Source: Tubulanus polymorphus | Lineage: Eukaryota; Animalia; Nemertea | NCBI RefSeq assembly: GCF_964204645.1 | Contig: NC_134029.1 | Location: 22,934,950-22,998,949, forward strand | Length of the DNA: 64,000 bases | Direction: 5' to 3' | Part shown: positions 1 to 11,911 of the stretch, one piece after another | Numbering within the stretch: position 1 is the stretch's first letter | Layout of the letters: each line of letters opens with the position of its first letter | Notes under the pieces: model-generated | The model's database searches: none | Told to the model about the DNA's origin: nothing | The model's input: only the letters and a program-made list of their open reading frames with translations | Made by a program: the position numbers and the translations under genes

Positions 1-3000
1 CATAAATTGAGTTGTGTACAATTGTGTCTGAATTATTTTTGAATGCCAATGACCACTGAATGGCTGACAACACGACACACTTCAGTTTCAACACAGACTC
101 AAATCATTTCATGAAATCCACCCAACTACAAGCGTATCAATATTTCGAAGCAGGTGCTATTGTTCAGGTACCATGGATACAAAAGACAAAAAGGGCGGAA
201 GGCTTCCCAAGCATTCAAATCTAACCGACGATCATTTTGTAACAATGTATTCGCGAGCCTCATTCATTGGTTCCCAGAGATACTCGAAACATTCGAAATT
301 ACTCGCCACAAAAGGTGGAACGCCTTAACGATTTAAAATAATAGACCAAAGGAAAGGAAATCACGAGAATGTAAGTCACCAGGATAGAACCTCCTTGTTC
401 TCGGTAACACGCCGAACATGTGCCATTTAAAAATATTCATAGTAACACCGCGGATGATACTTAAACATCATATAATAATAGAGATGTTGGTTTAAGGTGT
501 TTCCTCAATTGGCGCTCATAACTGATAAACATTAAAAAAAGACACCTTTCAATCGCCGAACGAAATCGATAACAAAATGTCAAAGTTCCGCGAATTCCTC
601 TGAAGTCAAAAGAAAAAAGCCCGCACGCGCACCGCACTCCCTAAATATCGATACCGATGATTTGTTTTATCACCTAGGGGATACAACAATGCGTCGTCGC
701 GTCCATAACTCGGGTAAATACGAAAATACGACTGATTTATTTCACAATTCATCGAACGAGATCAAATATTTCCTGTTTCTCAATAACTCCGACAACGTCA
801 GTCGTTCTTTTATACGAATAAATCCGGAATGTCGGCTTTTAAAATATCTCGATTTCGTTCGGAAAAACTTTTCTTCAGCGCCATTCATAATATAATTACT
901 TCATTCGATATATACGTATATATATATATATACATATTGTACTTTGAAAGAACTAAAGCTGGTTTCGTAGGAAAGTTACTATTTACAATATCGACCTCGG
1001 CGATGGAAGAATGTCAATTCACGAAACTCGTTTATAGTTGACAATAATAAACCGGGTGTCTATTGATGTCGCGCTCTGTTGATGACGTACACACGCGACT
1101 ATATTTCACATCACTTTCCTCCCGATATAGACGACTATGACGTAGAACGAGATGCCTGAAGACAAGGCGAAAAATTCCAAATATTCCGACGGAATTTTAT
1201 CGAGAGAAAAAAAAAAGGGCGCCCGAATACAGATTCCGCGAAAGCCTCGTCGACGGAGGCCGCAAAAATGATCTAACGCTCGTTTTGAAATGAAAATAAT
1301 TAAAGTGAAATAAAAAGCTTCTTTTACGTCAACCGCCGGGGCAAAGGGGGCTGTATATCTGTTAACAGATATATAATTATACAGTCAGTCCCCAGTAAAG
1401 TCATTTTTAATAAATGATTTTACTGAACTCAAGTCTAAAGAAGGTGAGGGTTCTGATCAGTACCAGATCAGACAATGAGGCCGTCTGCCAATAGGCCTAT
1501 GGCCTTCTTTGATGGTAAATAATGATATGATATGATATATCAGGCCGAGCCCAACAATTCACGCGGATCTTAACTGGATACGTTCATGTTACATATATGG
1601 ACAAAATTTGGCAAAACCAAAAATATCACTTGTCACAGAATCGCTGAGTGAGCGGTGTCAGTGAATGTCTCTTATTAGACACAGACCAAATTTGGGTTCG
1701 GACCGGGCAAAATCATCTCAGTCAGATTACCGCCTATAGTTTAACATTTGACTCTGACAATGCTCAAATTCTCAAAACACGTCAAAGCAGAATTACTTAA
1801 AGAGGACAATGTGAAGATGATAGTGAGGAGACAAACATGATAAGGATATGGTTATATCAGGGAAAAACTTCACGTAAAATAGCAGGCATAATCACTTTTA
1901 GTTAAATAGCTAAGAACAACTGATTTGTTCCCACAAACAGAAGATGGACAGGAAAAAATCTACGAACTAGTAATTCGCGTAGTTACATGTGATAATATCG
2001 TACCTATAAATAGACCATCGGTTATGTAGAAAATCATCGAAATAGAATTAATCCGTGATATTAATAAAGGAGTAATTAAACATACCCCATAGGTTCAATT
2101 ACAACCGTTTATATTGAAATCAGTCTACTACTGTCAACACAACACCAGAACAGAATGGATGAATTACTACTGATCACTAACAACCTCTAAATGTAAAAAC
2201 CACGGCGAAAAACTTGAATGATTTAAAACATCATGAAATCTATCATAACCGCAAAAAATATTCAAGATTAAAAGTTGACCCAGCTGGCCATCTATCTATC
2301 TACCCGGCAAATTACGTATATCTTCAAATCATGACCAAGCTAACTATATCAGACCTGGCAGCTATAGAAAAGAACGGATAACAAATTTTATTGCAGTTTA
2401 ATGAGTAACCAGCCGATTAGCAGGAACAAGGTTCTGTTTATTATCAAAATATTTCGAGTTTTCAATAGATTTATCAATGTTCTCAGATAATAGTTTGTCG
2501 ACACTGTTTGTTTGCCAAGCACGTATACATCGCAAAAGTAAAATTGTCATCTCTTCTCAACAAGATGGTTCTCACAGGTTTGCCAATAATGTTACAAATC
2601 ATTGAATATATGGGAAATTCATATTTTCACCAGGAGCAATTCACTAAATTGTGTTTATAATCATTTTATACATCAAAGAATCTTAAGGCCAAAAATATAT
2701 AGACCGTATTAGATCGGGATAGAAATTTCAACGATTAAGTTTATAAACGTATGTACTCTTCGCATGATACACCTCATCAAAGACTTTGAAAACTTTTATG
2801 ATAAAAATAGATCAGAAACTGATAAAACTTCAAAATTTCAATAAGCCTTCTACGCCGCAGGGTAAAACCACAAATACACTATCACGCAAAATCAATGGTT
2901 TCTTTGAATTGAAAAAAAAATGTATGGCCAAACCCTCGCCAAACATAAACCAAATCTAGGCCTATAGCGAAGTCAAAACTAATCTATCCTCAACATCACT

Positions 3001-4246
3001 TTTTAAACAAACATGTCCACTATCACCTTGTCAAACTGCTCAAGAGCGTAAAATAAGTGAACTTCCAAACTGAATTCAGCTTCACAGATGATATTCCAGA
3101 TTATCATCATCATCATCAGAGAGTTTTTGATATGATCTTCAAAGAGCGAGATTGAGTAAAATGAAACTAAACACGCAATGCTATCAAATACGACAAGAGA
3201 CTGAAAACTATAAAGCAAATTCAGGACGCGAATCCATTCTTTTGTATCGAAACTTTTCAAACTGGCCCTCCGGCGATAACCCGCTTGAAATGGGTGTGGT
3301 TGCCATAAACAACCTTACCGAGTAATAACCTTTCAATAATGAAATGCCGCGAATTCTCAGTAGCACCATCGACCAGGCAAACAAAATCGTGGCGAATATT
3401 CCGCTAAAATCTATTTTTTCTGGGACTAAAATTTTTCTCAACGATTTTTTTTTTGTTTGTCGTCTAAAATCAGGAACGGAAGGAAACGATAGAAAAAACA
3501 TCGAAATCAATTGTCGTCGATGTTTGTCAAGGATAGTCACAAAAATAAACTTCATTGAAGATACCAAATTCAGCGTTAAAAAAAAACGAAGGATTCAAAC
3601 GATGTATTGAATTCTCAGCTGCGCGCTAGAATATTTACCGGTATAAATTGATTTCCGAAATCGAAAAAATAAGTACGAACACAAGCACCGCAAATGACGA
3701 ACTATTAGTAAATTGGCGCTTTGAGTTACAAGGCGTGGCATCCAATCCAAATACATTTCAATAGTTGCACTGCTACTAAAAATTGAACTGCCTGTCGGCT
3801 TATTTATTTATAGCAGGCTTTGTGGAGAACGAGTAGAAAATCCCTTCCGGGAGGAAGAATTTGCCGCGACATCCGTAAAAATATCACTACATCGAATCTC
3901 GCTATTTACTTAGAGAAGAAAATACAGTTAAATATTGATTTTATTTACGTAAACGCGTGTCCAGAATATTAAATCCAGGGCTTTCACATTTAAACGCGAT
4001 TCATTGGATTCGTCGAAAAAATGATGCGAATTAAGCCAAGTTCTACTGCGTAACTAAATCAGCAATAATTATAGTAGAATATTGTTTAACTATACAAACT
4101 GAACACGACTAACTAAATATGAAACATTTCTGAACTTCGGTTTTCGGCACTTAAAATGGAGACCTAAAAAAAAAACAATTAAGCAAGGATGGACTGAACA
4201 AAATGGAATCAATGGTGTTAATATTTCGCCCGTAGCTATCAAAACA

Positions 4247-4249
<3 letters not shown>

Positions 4250-4318
<69 letters not shown>
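4250..4318. repeat. (TA)n microsatellite, about 34 units
   Basis: Uninterrupted tatata run visible in the sequence. Confidence 0.97.
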
Positions 4319-4322
<4 letters not shown>

Positions 4323-4901
4323 CATATATATATTTACATATATTATTGACCGCGTAGAAATGACACGCGATCAAAGACACATTAAAGGTCACTTATATTC
4401 GACAGTGAGTATATAAATGACGTGATCTGGTAATAGCGCCAGCCTTTCATCTCGGATTCGATTACCTTCCAGAAAGCCAAGTATTCAATCACGGTCGTCT
4501 AATGTTGTTACACTCCGCGTTTTCTTTTTTAATTCAAATTATTTGAACTGTTGTTGTCGTCCGCGACATTGATCAATTTTAGATACTAATTAAAGTCTAC
4601 ATGAAAAGCCTAATCAGTTTTTAACGGGAATAGATTTTAAAACGTTTCGCTATATCGCGGCATCCGTCCGATGACAGACGCCGAGTAGAAATTCCATTAG
4701 AAATTCTTTCACCTCTCGCGAAGACGAGAACAGACGTCATACGACAAGATCAGACTCCGACGACTAACGACAAATCTAATATAATTTGTCGACAGATGTG
4801 ATGAGTTGTTAGAGAGAACACTACACTACGTAACGAGATAATGGAAGGGATGGCATTACAAATGGACTTCACTTCCTTCCGGTATTATTCCTTATTCGTG
4901 A

Positions 4902-4953
4902 CGGGCCACTTTTATTGTCGTCGCGCTCGGGCCACTTTTATTGTCGTCGCGCT
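4902..4953. repeat. Perfect 26-bp direct tandem duplication in a CpG-rich, promoter-like region
   Basis: cgggccacttttattgtcgtcgcgct occurs at 4902-4927 and again at 4928-4953. Confidence 0.9.
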
Positions 4954-6562
4954 GAAGTCACATCCAATGTATCATGACACGAGCGAGCGGCTGGCGTCAC
5001 TAATTCTCTCACATCTCACATGTTTTTTTGAATATCGTAAGTACATTGATCTCCGGTCATTAGTCCGAATGCGATCGCCGTCGCCATCTAGTGTCAGAAG
5101 TAAACACCAAACAACGCGCACTTCACTGCCATCTATCATAGTTCATATGGAACTAAGCGAAAGGTAAACAAGGCAATTTTCTCATACAAGCCGTTTAACT
5201 CATTAGTGCTCAGGAATTTCACTATGTAGTGTCTATATTACCTCCTCAGAAATTTTCGGAGGTTTTCCACATTTACCATGATATAAAACAGCTCATTTCC
5301 AGTTGTTTTTATGTATTACAAGTTTGTGTTAGTTTGTTGTGAACACATTATTCTTTCGATAAAAAATTTGATGAGGTGGGCCACCAAAATTGTGACCTTT
5401 TGTCCCCCTGAAATTCATCCAGACTTATTTGCATATAAGCGAAGGCTTAGATATCATTTTTGTTCATACTTCAAATTTCGTGAATTTTAAATACAGTTGG
5501 AAGAGTTTGATTTCTGTATGGAATTCTTTCGACAGGTATGTCTAGTTCATTCTACACTAATGGGTTCGAATCCCACTGTAACTGATTTTGTGTAGTATAT
5601 GAATAAGAGATGATTCGTGTAGCTTGAGGATTAATAGGCAGGATGGATGCGGGCGGCTTGAGGGCTGGAAAGAGTAAGGAGTGGAAGTATTGAGCTGGAA
5701 ACCATACATTTAGGGTTGAAAGAAAATCTCATCCGCCGATCTCAACTTTCACAGGTAATTTCATAACAACTGGATTACACAACTTCTCAGATTCCTATCA
5801 ATTTACATCTTACTGATTTTACGCATGATATAGCAATCTCAACATATTTCCCTGATTTTTAACTTCTTTCAAAATTAAATTCCCCGACTGTAAAGAAATT
5901 CGCTAATTTCCAGGCAAGCAGATACCCAGTGATTGCTTTATCCACTTATTTGGACTGACTGAGGGCACTCAATCAGTTAACCTTCCTTTATGTTAAAACC
6001 TTACAAAATAAATATTCAGTAAATGAAAACTTTTAAAGCAAAATAAAGTTAAATACCGGGAATAAAAAGTGAAAAGCAAGCACCGACCCAGAAGTAGCCA
6101 ATGGTAGTGTAAGCGGACTACAAATCCATCGATTCTTAGAAAATAAAAACTTTTTGAAATATTCATCACTTATAACCATAATCGGAGGACCTGGTCATAA
6201 ACCTGTAAAAGCTGACACTAAGCAACACGTGAATATGGACATACCCAGGATTGTTTGAAGCTGGAAGCGTAAGCATAGTACATACGCACATAAGGAGGGC
6301 GAGTTGAAACGCAAAATCCCTAAATATGCGTATAGCGATGTTGGAGCTGAAAGACTTGCTCACGGCACAAACCACTATTAAATTGACCTAGATATGTTCC
6401 GTTTGAACTTAAATTAATGAAGACGAAATGACGTTTGCGAAATATTTCCTTTTCGTACCAATTTTCGAAACTTCGGGGAGGTTGAAGAGACAACAAATTT
6501 ATTTGTAGTATGTCACGATGGTTCCTTAACTTCCGAGTATGACACTATTATACACACTTTTT

Positions 6563-6775
6563 CAGGGTGGCCACTTTAATGACTTTTTGTGGCTTTTTCC
6601 CCAAACTTTCATATAAGTTTTATTTTCTCTAATTTAAAAAAAGACGTTATATACGTAAAACATAGGGATGGAAACGGTTTGAATTTACATGCGACCTAAA
6701 TATCACAACAAAATTCCCTGACTTTCATAAGGTGAACGACTTTTCCCAGCTGATTTCAAGGTAAGTGGCCACCCT
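6563..6775. mobile_element. Degenerate hAT-like MITE (CAGGGTGGCCACTT family)
   Basis: cagggtggccactt at the left end and aagtggccaccct at the right end are inverted. Related ends and aaattccctga-type internal motifs recur at about 24661, 41621, 55261, 60209 and 61928. Confidence 0.6.
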
Positions 6776-7779
6776 ATAAGACAAAGCTTTTCATCCATAC
6801 CAGGTTTGGACACAAACGCAAACTGATTAAGAACGAAGTCACAAATTTAGCTTAACAAATATCGATGCAGCACAAGCATTAATGAGACTAACCTTATGAA
6901 CCGTTTATTTGAGGGACTGAAGTCCGAGGACACCACACAGGAAGGGAATGATCATTAAAAGAAAAGTGAAAAGAATCTACGAAATACAGGATAGACGAAC
7001 AGTCAAACGCTATGATGATGATCTACATTATTTATCAATGCCGCGGGCGACGAGTTGAATTGAAACATATTGGTATCTAGTATCATCGCTGCCATTTATA
7101 CATCAACCCTTGGAAAATCAGTCACCCATTTTAAAACATCTGCTCTCCGTCTTTAAAATCAAGTTGATGTCAATTCTATCAATGCTAACAACAAATGATT
7201 AACAATTGCAGATAGCACCAAGAAAATTAACTATAAATTTCTTTATTTTCAGGGTATCAAAAGGTCCAGCAGCACCAATAACATAATAACACTACACAAC
7301 GACTTTTCCTTTAAAATCCTGGGGTATAATGAAAACTGATAGGGTTAGGATTCACAACTGATCATAAAAATACAATTTTTGAAATAGCAATGCTAGTGCT
7401 AGAGGTATGTAGAGTAGTAGGCCAGATTGGGCAGTCCTAAACACCAAGTTTTAGAAGCTTCACTCAGGGAAATTTTGGATGTCAACAACTGGTATAGCCC
7501 ATCTTACTAAATATTAAAAGTGATTGCTAATGTTTCGTGGACTAGTCGGGTGCTGAGGGGTGAAACAAGCAGTCAAACTTCAGAACTACAGAAACAGGAA
7601 GTAAATCGCGTTCTTCCCGTATCGGGAAACGTGGTTTACTTCCTGGTTTGAAAATCATCGATTTGAACACGAATTTCTCGACAACACGACCACAGAATAA
7701 CGCATTATCGACCCCAAAACAAACTGTATCAATTACTCATTCGCATTTCGTTTGATACAAATTGTATTAACGAGCTTAC

Positions 7780-7831
7780 CCGCTTGAATTAGCAAATCTA
7801 AACTCTTTGCGCCTTCAGAACACGCGGCCAT
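7780..7831 (-). CDS. Candidate first coding exon (MAACSEGAKSLDLLIQA, phase 1) of an unidentified gene running off the left edge of the window
   Basis: The ATG sits in a YY1/TISU-like CAAGATGGCCGC. There are 17 open codons plus 1 nt, then a G|GTAAGC donor. The surroundings are CpG-rich with ETS-like GGAAGT sites. Downstream exons were not identified. Confidence 0.4.
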
Positions 7832-8850
7832 CTTGATAGACTTAGATACACAATTGATCCGCCAATGTGAACACGCCGGAAATAATTTTGACAGCCGATG
7901 AGATTTCAACTAATCAATTCAAAATCACCTTTTTGCGCATCGATATCGATATGATCAATTGAATTTCGGTGGTTTTTAAGGAAGTTAAGGTTTTCCTTAC
8001 GTTTTTTACCAATCGGATTTAGTGCACTATTTTCACAGCGATGCGATACCGCAGTAGTTATAGGTCATAAGTTGAATAAAGGTGAAGGCCGATGAGCGAT
8101 GTACACAAAGCGCCAATGCGCGACTGTTTACATGTCATTCGATTGGCGGCAATTTCCTTATATAGGCCGACGGTTCGAATCCCGGCGTATTCGGTTTTGG
8201 ATTACGTCCGCGGGCCTTAGATGTAAGTGCACCAATAATATCGATAAATTAGCACAATTAATTTACAGACATTTTGCATGATTTTGAGGTCCAATGATAT
8301 TTACACACTAAACTAACACAATATATTTTCGTCATGTTTATCAATTTCCGCCACTATGGTCATCAAGATATTAAGACATCGGAATCAGTCGTCTACCAGT
8401 AAAGAAATGTTACATTTTATTGTGAACCCATTTAAACTGTTTTCCCGTGACTAAATACTATTTTTTTCTTTAAATGCGGCTACTTCATCAGGGATATAAT
8501 TGTCAGGCTATTTTAGCAATCAATACCAAACAAAAGTACCAAAATACGAATAAGCACAAATTTTTCAATTAATTTCAAGACATAAAAAAAGTACAAAATA
8601 GTATTTTTCGATAAATGAACGGTTCAGCAAAATAAGTATAACTGCCAGTCAAGGTTGGGAACACAAGCAGGTAGGCTCTCGCCTGTAAGTTAGATTTCGC
8701 CTAATGTTAAAACCTAATCTCATGATCATGAGATAATTCAAATTTTTGCATTTAATTTCGAGGGATCAATTATCTTAATCTTTATGGGATCGTTCATTTA
8801 TTACGTACGCATAAAATTTGAATTTATAAAAAATTCACGTTTTTATTCAT

Positions 8851-9665
8851 TTATTGCTTACGTTTTTGTAATTCGTCGTTTTTTATAATTGGTTCGTCTA
8901 ATTCCTCTGCGCTCTCCGTGTCTTCGTCTTCATCTGGAGCCGTGCGAGTCTCACGAGTTACATCAATAATAAACGTTTGAGGATCGATGCCCGTTTCGCT
9001 GGATATTTTCGAACTTATTTCCATGATCGTTGAGAGCACGGTTGGGCAATCCGGGTCCACGATACCGTCCACGATCACCTCTTGTTGCAGTTCAGCCTCA
9101 GACGTCGCGGCGCTGTCTTGTGTGACTGGTTCTAAACTTGTGTAGTTCGATAATTCGTACGGTTCGGGCATTACTATAACTGATGGCTCGACTTCCTGAA
9201 CTTCCTACAAACAATTAAAGTCGACCAACGTCTGAGAATTACCTGACCCGGGTACCCGAACGAAGATTAATGTTTGGGGCTATTTTTCACATTCCGCACG
9301 CTCTTACCATATCGACTTCTTTGTAAAGTTGTTGCTCGTCGAAAGTAAAAAGGTCCAAAAACGGGAGCTCGTTATAGCTATGCGATATTTCTGCCATTCT
9401 GTAAATCAAAATTAACGAAAAAACCTTTCACATTTCGGCCAATTGAATAAGAACGGTAAACGTCAGGTCAGGCGAAAGCGCATTTCAATTTGGTTCTAGT
9501 TTAACTACAGATCCCGGGACAGACATATAAAGTATTCCTTTTATTTCTTTCACTGTAGCGGGACAAATTGTTAAATATTTTGTTAACGTATTCTTATATT
9601 GTATATTTTCTAGTTTGTTGAGTTGAATTTCTCAACTGACAATTATAATTTACTGACCTGTCCAT
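8851..9665 (-). CDS. Uncharacterised 150-aa acidic protein, 3 coding exons (9658-9665, 9308-9398, 8851-9204)
   Basis: Canonical, phase-compatible junctions (ATGGACAG|gtcagt; cag|A ATG...GATATG|gtaaga; tag|GAAGTT) join into one frame: MDRMAEISHSYNELPFLDLFTFDEQQLYKEVDMEVQEVEPSVIVMPEPYELS...DEDEDTESAEELDEPIIKNDELQKRKQ*. AATAAA follows the stop directly (about 8842-8847). Confidence 0.7.
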
Positions 9666-11282
9666 AGCGTGTTAAAAAAGCACCGGTAAACCACCGAAAA
9701 TTGAAAGGATCTTAACCAGACTGTGGTTAGTTTCGCGATCGAAGATTTTTGCGAACTATATATCCGACATGAAAGGAAGGCTTCACACTAGATAACTACA
9801 GTAACCCTATAATCCTTAGAAGATTTCAGAATGGCTGTTGTCGCGTACAAAGGTACGCGTATATATCCAACAAGCTAAACGCGTCACTGTGATTCTAAAG
9901 TCCCAGCTTTACCTATACACTCATACACATATGTATTAGAAACCTTTCTTGACCTGTAATATTGCTGATTATTAAAGGTCTATATATCGAGGAAAACAGA
10001 TAAGGCCGATGACTGGGATCATCACCAAACTACCGCTGCCAGAAAGTGCTGATAAGATAATAGCATAGTGTTTAACCCATTAGACGAAAAACAATAGCCG
10101 CCGATAAACAATAGGCCCAACTATTTGATACTTTTTGGCGAAGAGTTTCGAAACAATTCCCTATAGCGCCTACAGTACATATTATCTTGTATCTATTTTG
10201 TGTGTATAAAACATGCGCAAGTCGAGGTGGCTCAACTCGGTCGTGCCCGTTCAAAAATCCAATCCCACTAAGTTAATCTATATCCTATAGACAGATAACG
10301 ATACGCGTTATAAATCTTCACTTACCAAATGCATTTAAACATAGATATATTAAGAGATTTCCAACCAGTAAAATTAACTTTTAAGGAGATTATCGTTTGT
10401 TGTTGACAATCAGAGAATTCCTGTCGTAACACAATTTCTATTCGTAAATGGTCGACGCGTACGCGCTCGTCGCGAGCACACACGTAGTTAGTTAGTTTAG
10501 AGGGTCACATACAAATGAAGTCTCGGAATTCTTTTCATTGTGTGTCTAAAACAGCAAAATTCAAAACGTTTTAAGAAGGATTGCGCGACTAGCAAAATTA
10601 CGTATTGGCACATTACAGGAGCTGGATTTATCTTGCATTTCACGAATAGACAATTATCAATTCGGTACATTGAGATATGTTTTGGTTATAATAATATGAC
10701 CTGACGAACTATCACACAAAATGAACACCGACCACCGCGCCACTGTACATTAGGTTAATTGCACCCGCTTAATATACACACTAGGACAAATAATTTTCAA
10801 CATAATTTCCGCCGACAGAATGAAGCTGGTGTTTAAAAGGCAACTGTACAAAGCGAATGTTTAAACAAGGTTTATCCTTTATAAATAGATATGACTTCAC
10901 CTTTTCAAGTATATGTAGCGATTAAATTAATTTAATAGAAAACAGCTTTAATTCAGAGCTTATTCTCCGCCAACAAAATAAGTATCATTTTAAAATGCGA
11001 TGACATTATCATATACTAAAACATCCTCGTTATCGTTGCGTATGATTATTTACATAATTCAGATGACAAGACATCAAATCACAAAATCAAATTCGTTCAA
11101 TCATATATATCTATGATATCCGCGTGTCACGTGTCAGTGAAATCTAGGTCAAGAACCGCCCAAAAATTATCAATGACAAAATGATGTCAGGCAAAACTTA
11201 CTTTCAAGATAAAATCTGGTACTTTGAATCCGTTCTACCGGTGAATAGACGTAGCAGACGCGTATTAGTGTCACGCGACAGT

Positions 11283-11350
11283 TGAGTCATTATTGATGAA
11301 TGAATGAACTGCCAGTGTGCATAGGGAATTTCCCTAGTCAGTCATGTGAT
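11283..11350. promoter_or_regulatory. Cluster of AP-1 (TGAGTCA 11283-11289), NF-kB (GGGAATTTCCC 11324-11334) and E-box (GTCATGTGA 11341-11349) consensus sites
   Basis: Consensus matches read directly in intergenic DNA. Function is untested. Confidence 0.35.
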
Positions 11351-11911
11351 AGTCCCAATTTAATTCGATAGATGGCGATAATGTCTGTGTTTACAGTCAG
11401 CAGTCTGCTAGCCTTGAGGCGATGTATTACTAGTTCGCGATGACAATAAAAAAACCACAAAAATATCCTCTTAGCGAAAACGATCAAATTCCAAAAAGAC
11501 TACTGACGCTACATTTTAGACGCGTTATTTTTTCAAAATATTTATTTCCCAGCCTTTTCAACGAAGACACAAATTTAACACAACTTTTACATCATAAGAA
11601 CCTAGATATGAACACATTCTTTGTGTGATTTTTCGTAACAGAAAATTAAGAGACAAAACTTATTGTATTCAGTAGGATTACCAGAAACGCCACTTTAATT
11701 GCATAAAATTTCTAATTAAAACCATTAAGGCGGCGATAAAAATCAGCAAACTTTCGAATCGATAAACTATTTCATGATGCGCCATCAATAATATTGATTC
11801 CATGATCATTCATCACGCATAGCACTAGCATTCACAATATCTCTCCTAAGTTCAGTTTATAAATGCATGTTTCACCAAATGAAAAGATGATACCGAGGAG
11901 AATAACTCAGC

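Noticed and set aside
154-6375. Short ORFs in the ORF track across the first 6.4 kb, including the (YI)n ORF at 4090-4392
   Set aside because: No recognisable motifs, many start at non-ATG codons, and the YI run is just the translated (TA)n microsatellite.
8140-8195. B-box GGTTCGAATCC at about 8172 (similar ones at about 5563 and 48333) as possible tRNA genes
   Set aside because: No convincing A-box, cloverleaf or acceptor stem; at most SINE remnants or isolated TFIIIC sites.
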